From contig NC_083449.1 of assembly GCF_020745735.1 (NCBI RefSeq), positions 9,956,923-10,020,922 of the forward strand: 64,000 nucleotides of DNA. Direction: 5' to 3'. Made by a program: the position numbers and the translations under genes. Shown one piece after another: positions 52,331 to 64,000 of the stretch. Under the pieces are notes generated by a model. The model was not told the origin of the DNA and searched no databases. It was given only the letters and a program-made list of their open reading frames with translations. The DNA is from Hemiscyllium ocellatum. Taxonomy: Eukaryota. Each line of letters begins with the position of its first letter. Position 1 is the first letter of the stretch.

Positions 52331-53614
52331 ATAAAAACGTCACAGAATTCTCATTTTTTTCTTTTTGTCTTCTGCTTTGAGACATTTAAACTAACACAAG
52401 TCTGAAAGAAATTAATAACTGTAGTGTATATACCCTGCAATTGCGTGTCAGAAATGAGAAGCATCATTCACCTTTCATTTTATCTCTAGCTTACTGTGTG
52501 CTCACAGATCACATACTGACAGATTCAATTACACGTCCCTGTGACATAGCAGGGATGGAGTTAAAAAAAACCTTCATTTCATCTGAAAGTTAGAAATATT
52601 GAAATATTTGCTCTCTCACATGCCAGTGTATTGACAGAAACTGAGTGAAAACAATATTAGAAACAACAAACTGGCAGTTACAGAATGAAATATGGAGTCA
52701 GTTGCAAAACAATGAATTGTTAGGATACAATGAAACTATTCACTGGTGAGAAGCTGACATGCATAGTGTGACATCAGCAGTAACATTGTTATTGCAAATT
52801 CTGCAAGGTACAAGATATTGCCTCTTGCCAAATGCTACAGTTATAAAGTTGATTGTAAGGATTTGCTGTGGAGGGGAGACCTGAGACTGTCTAAAGTGGT
52901 TTGGTCACACTCAAAATTGTAGATACGAAATGAGACACATTCTTAAGTTAATGACTGATACCTACAGAATAATAAAAAAAACAGGTTACACTTCAGAAGG
53001 TTTGAGTTACAGTCCAGTAACATACTGACATGTAACGACTGTGAAATAGAGTAAACAAAAATGCTTTACCTCCCAGGCACAGATTGGAGGAACATTTCCA
53101 AGTAGCAGGCAAATGGTGTAAAGTTTTACCGCTTCCATCAGTGTTTGATGGATACAGAATAAAACCTGTCTTGACGTAACACTAATTGACTATTACACAG
53201 AGGACCAGAGCCTCGTTGGACAGGTGTTGAGTTCATGCAAAATGTCGAAATAAGGACTCGATAGACACAAAGTTCAAATGAGACAGATATAGCATGCTAA
53301 CGGTTGCTGGTTAACAGGCATTCGTATGAGACTGAGAAATGCTCTAAATCCCTGCGTGAAAGTTCAATACTCGGAAATAAAAACTGCAATAACGTGGTTC
53401 TGATATACTGTAGTTACTTGCAAAGTACACAGTTACAGATCGGTCTCCGGGCCCGCAGTTAGCAATCAAGTTCTCAGAAATATATTAATCCCACAATCAA
53501 GACAGTCATTCTCAACCCGTGACTCAAGAGAAGTTTTAATTTTTTTTTCATCACTTCAACTCCGTGCAGTTGAGAACGAGTTCCATCAACCTCAGACCTA
53601 GAAACCACTCACAG

Positions 53615-53930
53615 TCTTAGAATCCCTACAGTGTAGAATTAGGCACTTCGGCCCAATAACACCGACCCTCCGAAGAGTAATCCAACCAGACCCATTATTC
53701 TGCATTTACCCCAGATTAATGCACCTAACCTGCACATGCCTGAACATTATGGGCAGTTAGCCTGGCCAATTCACCTTCCTGCACGCCTTTGCATTGTGAG
53801 AGTAAAACAGCACTTGGAGGAAACCCACTCAGACACGGGGAGAATGTGCAAAATCCACACAGACAGTCGCCCGAAACTGGAATCGAACCAGGGTTCCTGG
53901 CGCGTTGAGGCAGCAGTGCTAACCACTGAG
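53615..53930 (-). mobile_element. HE1 V-SINE
   Basis: Reverse complement of head and V-domain. Confidence 0.85.
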
Positions 53931-54139
53931 AAGGGACCCATAGAGAGGACCAGAAGTAGACATGCGGAGCTGGAAACACACCTTTCCGCTCCCACATCAT
54001 CACAACAACGAGTAAAAGGAAACCGAGCCGATACCACAGTCACTTTCAGTGTCACAGACGTAAAACAAATCTCCCTCAGACAGACTGACAGGAACAGAAT
54101 CACCGTCCACTTCACATTTCGTTGCAGATTCTGACAGAT

Positions 54140-54272
54140 CCACATTGGATCCCACATAAACCAATCACAGAGACTGAGTGTTTGGGAATGATTCCTTGTA
54201 AACTACCCAATCAGAAACCAGGCTTTCCCCCATCCCTTATTAGCGTTGATGACGTCATCAGTCTATAAAAAG
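54140..54272 (+). promoter_or_regulatory. H2B promoter
   Basis: CCAAT x2, ATTAGCGT (octamer variant), TGACGTCA 54250-54257, TATAAAAA. Confidence 0.75.
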
Positions 54273-54323
54273 GGAGCTCCGAGCCCGCTTTCCCTTATTC
54301 TGTGTCTGAAAGTGAGCGGCGCT

Positions 54324-54704
54324 ATGGCTGATGAGAAGAAAGCACAGCAAGCATCCAAGAAGGGCGCGAAGAAAATCATCAAGAAGGCGCCAGCGAAGGG
54401 CGGCAGAAAGAGGAAGCGGACCAGGAAAGAAAGTTACTCCATCTACATCTACAAAGTGATGAAGCAGGTTCACCCCGACACCGGCATCTCATCGAAGGCC
54501 ATGAGCATCATGAACTCGTTCGTCAACGATATTTTCGAGCGTATCGCGGGGGAGGCTTCCCGCCTGGCCCATTACAACAAGCGCAGCACCATCAGCTCCC
54601 GGGAGATCCAGACCGCCGTGCGGCTGCTGCTGCCTGGGGAGCTGGCCAAGCACGCCGTGTCGGAGGGCACAAAGGCGGTGACCAAGTACACCAGCTCCAA
54701 GTGA
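54324..54704 (+). CDS. H2B: Histone H2B, copy 3
   Basis: [17 protein letters not shown]...KYTSSK, 126 aa. Confidence 0.98.
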   Translation: MADEKKAQQASKKGAKKIIKKAPAKGGRKRKRTRKESYSIYIYKVMKQVHPDTGISSKAMSIMNSFVNDIFERIAGEASRLAHYNKRSTISSREIQTAVRLLLPGELAKHAVSEGTKAVTKYTSSK

Positions 54705-54745
54705 AGGACCGCATTGCACTGAAACAAACACATCCACAACCTAAA

Positions 54746-54761
54746 GGCTCTTCTAAGAGCC
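54746..54761 (+). terminator. Histone 3' stem-loop of H2B copy 3
   Basis: AAA-GGCTCT-TCTA-AGAGCC-ACCCA. Confidence 0.92.
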
Positions 54762-55521
54762 ACCCAAAACTTTCCTAAGACAGCGGAACCAATTATTTAT
54801 GGGTTGTTTGTTTTAGCTTGCATGTGATTCATAGGATGTTTTAAATTTTTGTACTACATTCGCTTTTATGATTGCTTTGCAATTTGATGAGATTCTTGAG
54901 GTATTTTTAGTCATATATTTGATTTTGTGTTTTGCAAATTTGACGTGGTGAGGGGAGATAGTTCATAAAGTCTCCTCCGTCTGTAGAGAGCGAGCAGATT
55001 ACACTTCAGGAAATCATTTTTCATGACATTTCTTCAACTTGCTAATAGCCCTGGTGGAATGTTAATAGTTGTTTTCACCCTGGCAACCCAAACGAAAGTG
55101 CCCACAGCTTTCAGTCACAGGTATTAATGGACACCTTTTTTAACATTACAAAGGCGCGGGTTTAAACCGATTTTTCAGAAGGCAAAAAGCAAAGCACTTT
55201 CTGCTGTCGGGGAGAGGCTTTCAAACTGAACAGGGAGAATACAAAAACAGCTGCCAATGTGAAATTTGGTGATTTTTGCTGAATCTGAGTGAGAGCGACA
55301 AGGGAGGGCGACTTTAAGATATCGACTAAACACCGTGTTCGCCATTGGTACTGAGCTGGAAGTTGTGTGACGCGTTATCAACATGCCGGGGTGCTACTGA
55401 AATGTGAAAAGACAGTGTTTCGCCTGTTTTGTTTCAGCTTCGTCACAAGGTTTCGAAAATTGCTTATTCTCAAGATCAGAAATGGAACGATAGAGGTAGG
55501 CAAATGAGGGAGAAACAGATC

Positions 55522-55700
55522 TTCTAGGAGAAAGTGAGGACTGCAGATGCTGGAGATCAGAGCTGAAATGCGTTGCTGGCAAAGCGCAGCAGGTCAGGCA
55601 GCATCCAAGGAGCAGGAGAATCGACGTTTCGGGTATGAGCCCTTCTGGAAACTGGATGCTACCTGACCTGCTGCGCTTTTCCATCAACACATTTTCAGCA
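55522..55700. mobile_element. Short Penelope-derived element with internal inversion
   Basis: 12-bp TSD GAGAAACAGATC; inverted pLTR followed by direct tail. Confidence 0.85.
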
Positions 55701-56022
55701 GAGAAACAGATCGTGTCAAGGATACATTCGTAAATAAATGTAAATTAACATACCAGTAGTAAATGTCTTTAAACGTCCTTTTTTTTTGTATTTCATTTTT
55801 CTATCTTAAAACCTATTCCTTTGTTTGTAAATTGGCGGGCTTTTCAAATTGTAAAAAAGCGGTTGATGATTTGGCGCCGGTACTTCCCGCCCTCCTCCCT
55901 GTGCCCTCTCCGGATTGGGGAATGAGGCAGATATCTGATTGGGAATTGAAACAACATTAGGCGGGGCTGAACAATGGGACCAATCAGAAACGGCCGCCCC
56001 ACCATTCCTCCCGAAGGTATAA

Positions 56023-56472
<450 letters not shown>

Positions 56473-56502
56473 AGAGATCATTCTGGAATCTGACAACCCA
56501 AA

Positions 56503-56518
56503 GGCTCTTTTAAGAGCC
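56503..56518 (+). terminator. Histone 3' stem-loop of H2A copy 3
   Basis: CCAAA-GGCTCT-TTTA-AGAGCC-ACTCA. Confidence 0.93.
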
Positions 56519-57379
56519 ACTCACAACATCTGTGAAAGGAACTAAACTTTCTGTCGGATTATTTTCCTCGCCTTTGTACCGGACATCAATAAATTACACG
56601 CTTCATTTAGTTGAATATTCTATCTTCAGGAGCAGAGGACGGATTTGTCATAAATGCGATTGTAAGAGTGTTCTGAACGACAGTATTTTTTATTGAACGG
56701 TCACTGCTTGAGTGATCTCTGTTTTAGTTTAGAAAGTCGCCAATCTGGTTTGACCTCACTTTTCCTTTAAATGCAGTAGGAAGAGCTGGTTTGACCCAGG
56801 ACAGTAACGGATCAGTCGCTGCAGGATACAGTGAGGAACAGTTCCAGACCCTCTGCGCTTTATTTTCTGCTCAGTTCATAGCCAGCCTTTTAGCCCCTGC
56901 CTCTGGAGAGAGAGCAGATTGAACAACAGTGAAGCATATTTTTCAACTGTAAAGGCGGGAATGGGGTAAAGTGAGATTGTCTGATCTTTGCTCTTTTCGA
57001 TTACGAAATTAATCAACGTGTACGTGCTCATGTAATCTCTGTAAAACTTGCTGCTCTTTTATACGTGATGGCGGGCAATTTTAAATTTGAAAATTAGCCG
57101 TTGATCTCTTGACGCTTTTTCCTTTGTCTCTCCTGCCTCCGCCTCACCACAAGCCATGTTAACGCAAACGGAGTCAATAAGGAGATGGCTATTTTTCAAT
57201 AAATAATCTAACACAATACAGTAATTTGATGTTAAAATCACACTTATTGTTACTATATTTTTTTGTCATAAATTCCGTAATCCCTGATTGAACATCATTA
57301 GTTTTTAACTAACTTCTGATAGAAATACTAATATCCCCTATCGCTTCCTGTTCTCTCTGGACGGGAGTTCAATGTTCAA

Positions 57380-58448
57380 ACCACCTCTCTGCCTTTCTTT
57401 TCTATCCTTTTCTCTCTCCTCCTTTTAATCATAATTCAAACAGTTGCATTTCTGTTGCCCTTTGCTTGTCTTTTGCCTCTAACTCAAGTTGCTTAATTTT
57501 CCATTGAATTTTAGCCATCTCTGAAGATTCTGATGGTGTTTCCAACAAATGTAAATGCTGAGCTACTGCTGTAATTATCTCTCCTTTCCTCATGGAAGGA
57601 CGCAGCCTTAACCCCAGCTTGTCTACTATTTCCAGCAGCTTGGCCTTAATCACCTTTCGTAAAAGCCCCAAAATCACTTCTTCCACCCCCACAATACTCT
57701 TGATGACTGAAAGAACCATTGCTATCCCAAGCATTGTTTAAACCAACTGAATTCAAAACCTGGAACAAAAGACATTAACACCTACCACTCGCTGCCTTCA
57801 AGTCCAAGAACCCTAATCCCAAATCGAAACTATATAAGAAATCCTGCAAAGAGCCCCCAAACCGGTATGGACCAGGCCAGACTCCCTCAAAACATTAAGA
57901 AAGTAGCCCGGACCCTAACTTTGCTTGTTGTTTTAAGCAGGTGTAACGTGGATATTCCAGGAGTGATGTAGCTGGTCAAATCACATAGTTTTAAACAAAA
58001 CAGAATTGATTTACAAGATTACCAAATGAAATAAACAAACAGAATAGAATACTAAAACCTATCCAAAAACCCTACAGATTATACCAACTTAACAATGTCA
58101 TTCCCAATAGTTGCAACAGTCCCCACAAACACCCTTTGGCACAAAAAGGTAAAATCAAACACAGAGTCTTACAGGAGAGATGTCAGAAAAAGAGTACCAT
58201 CATGGACCAGCTTCTTTGGGTTCAGCAGCTTTTTCAATTGCCTGGCTTTCAGTCAATAAGCAGACAGCCAAAAACCAAATCAAACCAGAGAAAAGCTGAG
58301 CTGGGAGAACTGGGATGCTTCCCTTTCACTGTACAAGAGTTTTTTTTTAAAATATGGAAGCCTTTTGCCTGAGACATTATCTGTTAGCTGTAATCAAAAT
58401 CGCCCTAAAATCCATCAAGTCAGACTTTTCGGAGTCTGTGTCTTTTAC
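57380..58448 (-). mobile_element. Gypsy (Gmr1-like) LTR retrotransposon 5' end: LTR, PBS, gag N-terminus
   Basis: Degenerate tRNA-Pro PBS TGGGGGCTCTTTGCAGGAT (~57841-57859); coiled-coil gag-like ORF 57429-57734. Confidence 0.7.
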
Positions 58449-58459
58449 AAGCTTGTTAA

Positions 58460-59200
58460 AGGCGCAGCATCATCACAGCAGACGGATTGTAAAAGCTGTG
58501 GGATACCGGGTAATGTGGTGAATTGGATGCAAAGTTGGCTTAATAACAGGAAACAAATAGTAATAGTTGATGGCTGCTCTTGTGAATGGAAAGTTGTTTC
58601 AAGCAGTGCTCTGCATGGCTCAGAGTTGGGACCTCTGCTGTTTGTTTTATACATTAAGGATTAGGACTTGAATGTGGTGGACAAATTTGTGAAATTTACA
58701 GGTGACACAAAAATTTGCCATGTAGTGGATTAGTGTGGAGGATAGCTGTAAGCTCCATAACAATCATTGATCGTTTGGAGGAGTGGGCAGAAATGTGGCA
58801 GATGGAGTTCAGCTCTGAGAAGTTTGAGCGAATGCATTTTGGGACTTCAAACAGTAAATGGGAATAGGCGATAAATGGGAATATAGGAGAGATCTTGGTG
58901 TGCAAGTTCGCAGGTACCTAAAGGTAGATGGGTTGTAAAGAAGGCAATTGGAATGCTCTCCTTCATGGGCAGAGGGATGGAATACAAAAGTAGGGATATA
59001 ACTATGAAACCGTATAAGGCACTGGTGAGGCTACAACTGGAGTATTGTGTGCAGTTGGGTTCCCACGTCACTAGAAGGACGTCATTGTTCTGGAGACAGT
59101 ACAAAGGAGATTTACTAGAATGTTGCCAGTGCTGGTGAATTGTAGCTATTGGAGAGGTTGGGGTTATATTCCTTGTCACAGAGGTGACATGATTAAGGAA
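58460..59200 (+). mobile_element. Old CR1 LINE fragment
   Basis: GSELGPLLF, LVRLQLEYCVQ motifs. Confidence 0.8.
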
Positions 59201-59886
59201 TACTAATTAGTGAGCTACTAATGAAGGAGCAGAACACCGAAAGCTAGTACTTCAAATTAAACCTGTTGGTCTATAATCTAGTGTTGAGTGATTTTTAACT
59301 TTGATTTGGTGTTGCAGGCAGAGACCCTAAACTCTTATACAAAAATCCATGGAACTGCACCTCAAGTTCTGTAAACTGCAAGGCTATGGGCTGTGGCATG
59401 AAGTTGGGATGAGAAAGGGCACCTTTGGGTTGGCATATATAAGATGGGCTGAATAGCCCCTTCTGAGCTGTATTATTTTTATGATTTGATAGTTATCAAT
59501 TGGACCCTGCCAGTCTCTACTATGTGAATGTGACCATATAATGAATGTTACAGTTTAATAACTGCACTCTCACATTCACCAAGCCGGAACTGGCAGGTAT
59601 AGATCAATAACTGAACTCCCATACAACTCACTTACATTAGGTAGTGTCATTCACGGAGCTGTACAGATGTTGTTTAGTTTCTGGATCTTACTCAATTGGT
59701 CTTACAATTTTAAGAAAAAATGGACAAGGAGCAGCTCAGGGCAGGAATGGAATCAGAGCCGTGGTTCTGTTTAATTTGCTGGCTTTAAATAAAAAATCTT
59801 AAGAATGAGGAATTGAATGTTACATTGATGTTGCCAATCACAGCTGATGTTGATTTACAGGAGGTATCTCTTCTGTCTATCTCCAG

Positions 59887-59968
59887 GCAGGTACTCAAAG
59901 GACCAAGACAATGTAATATTCCCTTGGTACAGAGCCAAGTGTGACCAGCTGCTTCGAACAAACAGCAG
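59887..59968 (+). other. Exon-like cassette, inverted copy (82 nt)
   Basis: TCTATCTCCAG|GC...CAG|GTATGT; frame GRYSKDQDNVIFPWYRAKCDQLLRTNS. Confidence 0.55.
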
Positions 59969-60536
59969 GTATGTTACTGCTATCAGAGCGAAGAACATCC
60001 TTTCCACAGTCAGAGTGGATTGAGTTAGACTCACATTGAGCTCCATTTCCAGATATGTTCAAAGTCAAACACCACTGATGAAATGGAATTTTCTATCTAT
60101 TTAATCTCTCTTCTAAATGCATGTTACCCAGTTTAATCAACTTGAATGAATCCTCATCCAAAATATACACTGCATTAAATCTGAACAGCACAGCACAGGA
60201 ATGGGTCCTTCAGCCAACGATATAGTGCAGAACATGCCGCCAAATGAAATTAATCCCTTCTGCCTGCTCTTGGTCTATAACCCTCCAGTTCTCGCGTATT
60301 CATTTGCTTACCTAAAAGTCCTTTCAATACCTTTATCGTATCTGCCTCCTCCTCCACCCCTGGCAGTGCGTTTCACTCCTACCACTCTCTATGTTTAAAA
60401 TAAACTGCCCCATATGTCTCCTTTGAACTTTCCCCCTCTCACCTTATATGCATGCCTGTTAGTTTTAAACATTTCAATTCTTGGAAAAAGATTCTGACCA
60501 TCAACCTTAACCATGCATCTCAATTTTAGAGACTTC

Positions 60537-63470
60537 TGGATATAGGTCTGCTTGCTGAGCTGTAAGGTTTGTTTTCAGACAGTTCATCACCGCGGTAGGT
60601 ACCATCAGTGAGCCTCCAGATGAAGCACTGACGGTATGGCCCACTTTATATTTGTGTGTTTAGGTTTCCTTGGGAAGGTGACATCATTTTCGATGGTAAC
60701 ATTGAGTCATAGAGATGTACAACATGGAAACGGACTCTGCTGTCCAACTCGTCCATGCTGATCAGATATCCCAACCCAATCTAATCCCACCTGCCAGCAC
60801 TTGGTCCATATCCCACCAAACCCTTAATTTTCATCTACCCATCCCGATGCCTTTTAAATATTGCAATTGTACTAGCCTCCACCACTTCCTCTGGCAGCTA
60901 ATTCCATACACGTACCACCCTCTGGGTGAAAAAGTTGCCCCTTAGCTCTCTTTTATATCTTTCCCCTCTCATCGTAAACCTATGCCCTCTAGTTCTGGAC
61001 TCCCTCACACCAGGGAAAAGACTTTGTCTATTTATCTTATCCATGCCTTCATAAAAATCTATAAGGTCACCCCTCAGCCTCCGATGCTCCAGGAAAAACG
61101 GCCCTAGCCTATTCAACCTCTCCCTATAGCTCAAATCCTCCAACCCTGGCAACATCCTTGTAAGTCATTTCTGAACCCTTTCAAGTTTCACAGCATCTTT
61201 TGGATAGGAAGGAAACCAGAATTGCATGCAATATTCCAACAGTGGCTAACCAATGTCCTGTACAGCCACAACATATCTCCTAACTCCTGTACTCAATACT
61301 CTGACCAATAAAGGAAAGCATACCAAACGCTTTCATTATCCGATCTGCCTGCACTCCAAGATGTCTTTGTTCAGTAACACTCCCTAGGACTTTACCATTA
61401 AGTGTATAAGTCCTGCTAAGATTTGCTTTCCCAAAATGCAGCACCTCACATTTATCTAAATTAAATTCAACCTGCCAATTCTCAGCCCTTTGGCCCATCT
61501 GACCAAGATCCCGTTGTAATTTGAAGTAGTCTTCTTCGCTGTTCACTACACCTCCTTTTTCTGTGTCATCGGTTAAATTACTATCTACACCTCCTATCCA
61601 AATCATTTATATACATGACAAAAAGTAGAGGACCCAACACCGCTCCTTGTGGCACTTCACTGGTCACAGACCTTCAGGCTGAAAAACAATCCACCACCAC
61701 CACCCTCTGTCTTCTACCTTTGTGCCAGTTCTGTATCCAAATGGAGAATTCTCCCTGTATTCCATGAGATCTAACCTTGCTCACCAGTCTCCCACGGGGA
61801 ACCTTGTCAAATGCCTTACTGAAGTCTATACAGATCACATCTACCACTCTGCCCTCATCAATCCACTTTGTTGCTTCTTCAAAAACATCAATTAAGTTTG
61901 TGAGACATGATTTCACATGCACAAAGCCATGTTGACTATCCCTAATTAGTCCTTGCATTCCCTAATACATGTACATCCTGTACCCTCAGGATTCCCTCCA
62001 ACAACTTGCCCACGACCGACGTCAGGCCCACTGGTCTAATAGGTGCCTGGCTTATCCTTATCACCTTTCTTAAACAGTGGCACCACGTTAGCTAACCTCC
62101 ATTCTTCCAGCACTTTACCTGTGACTATCGATGATACAATATCTCAGCAAGTGGCCCCAACAATCACTTTCCTAGTTTCCCACAGAATTCTCGGGTACAC
62201 CTGATCAGTCCTGGGGATTTATCTACTTTTATACGTTTCAAGATATCCAGCATTCCCTATACCTACAAGCCTTTCCTTTCACCCTCACAGGAATATACTT
62301 TGCCTGGACTCCTGTTCTCTTATTTCTGAAGGCTTCCCATTTTCCAGCCAGCCCTTTACCTGCAAACATTTGCCCCCAATCAGCGTTTGAAAGTTCTTGC
62401 CTTATACCATCAAAATTGGCCTTCCTCCAATTTAAAACTTCAACTTTTAGATCTGGTCTATCCTTTCCCATCACTATTTTATAACTAATAGTGGTATGGT
62501 CACTGGCCCCAAAGTCCTACCCCATTGACACCTCAGTCACCTGCCCTGCCTCTTGTCCCAAGAGTAGGTCAAGTTTTGCACCTTCTCTCGTAGGTACATC
62601 CACATACTGAATCAGAAAAGGTTTTTGCACACACTTAACAAATTCCTCTCCATGTAAACCCTTAACACTATGGCAATCCCATTCAATGTTTGTAAAGTTA
62701 AAATCCCTTACCATAACCACCCTATTATTGTTACAAATAACTGAGATCTCCTTACAAATTTGTTTCCTACTTGCCTCTGACTATTAGGGGGTCTATAAAA
62801 CAATCCCAATAAGGTAACCATCCCTTTCTTGTTTCTCAGTTCCACCCAATTAGCTTCCCTGGATGTATTTCCAGGAATATCCTCCCTCAGTACAGCTGTA
62901 ATGCTATCCCTTATCGTACATGCCACTCCCCCTCCTCTCTTGCCTCCCTTTCTGTCCTTCCTATAGCATTTGTATCCTGGAACATTAAATTGTCAGTTCT
63001 GTCCATTCCTGTGTCATGTTTCTGTAGTTTCCTGTGGTGATGTAATTTCCTGTTCTTTTTCTCAGGGAGTGGTAAATGGGATCCAAGTCAATATGTTTGT
63101 TGGCAGAATTCCCGTTGGAATGTCATGCTAATGGGAATTCTCATTCATGTCCCTATTTGGCTTGTCCTAGGATGGCTGTGTTGTCACAGTCAAAGTGCTG
63201 TCCTTCCTCATCTGTATGTAAGGATACTAGTGAAGTGAGTCATTTCATTTTGTGGTAGGTGATGTACATGTATCCTGATGGCTAGTTTTCTGCCTGTTTG
63301 TCCAATGTAGTGGACTCAAATAGAAAGCGGGCCAAAGCACCCGTGCTACATCCGGAGGCTCACTGATGATGTTACCAAGTATGGTGACAAAACGTCTGAA
63401 AACGAACCTTCCTGCTCAATGAGCAAAGCTAGATTCAGAACCTCAATCTGAGCTACAAATCTTCTCAAAA
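60537..63470 (-). mobile_element. Second-family Penelope remnant (GIY-YIG at ~63030-63310, inverted pLTR with decayed hammerhead 63360-63399), split by a CR1 insertion
   Basis: Minus strand YIGQTGRKLAIRIH; pLTR at 60537-60640 mirrored at 63335-63470. Confidence 0.7.
60705..63010 (-). mobile_element. CR1/HER1 LINE ORF2 remnant
   Basis: SQHGF..SCLTNL, DFSKAFDKVP, KCEVLHFG, RTRGH motifs and 3' tail. Confidence 0.92.
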
Positions 63471-64000
63471 CTCCCTACACTCCCATTACATCTCCCCTTG
63501 GTCACTGCTGCTCAGAAGAAAACTACCCGGGTGTTTCTAGCTTCTCTTTATAGTTCATACCCTCTAATGTGGACAACATTCTGGCAAACCTCTTCTGCAC
63601 CCTCCCTAAATCCTCCACATCTTTCCTGTAATGTGCTGACCACAATTGAATGCAATACTCTTCAGTTAAAAATCACAACACCAGATTATAATCCAACAGG
63701 TTCATTTGCAAGTACGAGCTTACACAGCGGTGCTCCTTCATCAGGTCGCTGTGAAACAGGATAATAAGACACAGAATTTATAGCTAAAGATTACAGTGTC
63801 ATGCAAATGAAATTATACACTGGACAAACCTAGATTATTGTTCAGTGATTCATCTTTTAGAACGGGTTGCAGTTAATTAATATATACATCCTAGAACTTC
63901 TTTGAAGTCATATTGTCAAGATGACTTCAGGCTTTATTTTAAAAAGGGTGCCATCTCAGCTCAGGCAATGTATTAAAGATGAGAGGTTAGAGTCTGACTG

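Overview
Vertebrate genomic DNA, most likely a cartilaginous fish (shark). This is inferred from HE1-type V-SINEs, HER1/CR1 LINEs, a SacSINE1-like DeuSINE and MADEKK-type H2B. The window is a replication-dependent histone locus with one H4, three H2A, two intact H2B and one frameshifted H2B; no H3 or H1 is present. It is built from three old, ~23-kb degenerate tandem modules, and the histone part of the third is inverted. Each module holds a codirectional H2B->H2A pair, arrays of a degenerate 47-49 bp minisatellite, and a non-histone, apparently spliced unit. That unit consists of a highly conserved ~350-bp GC-rich first-exon/promoter block (3 copies, head-to-head with H4 in module 1) and an 82-nt exon-like cassette (5 copies) that splices in frame with it. 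The modules are heavily invaded by CR1, Tx1/L1, Gypsy/LTR, SINE and Penelope-like elements, the last leaving about a dozen intact or decayed minimal hammerhead-ribozyme motifs. Other points: an Fc-receptor-like Ig pseudo-exon beside H2B, a young solo LTR packed with E-box/E2F/ETS sites, an H2A copy with a damaged 3' stem-loop, and signs of gene conversion among H2A copies. TE boundaries are by-eye approximations unless a TSD is quoted.
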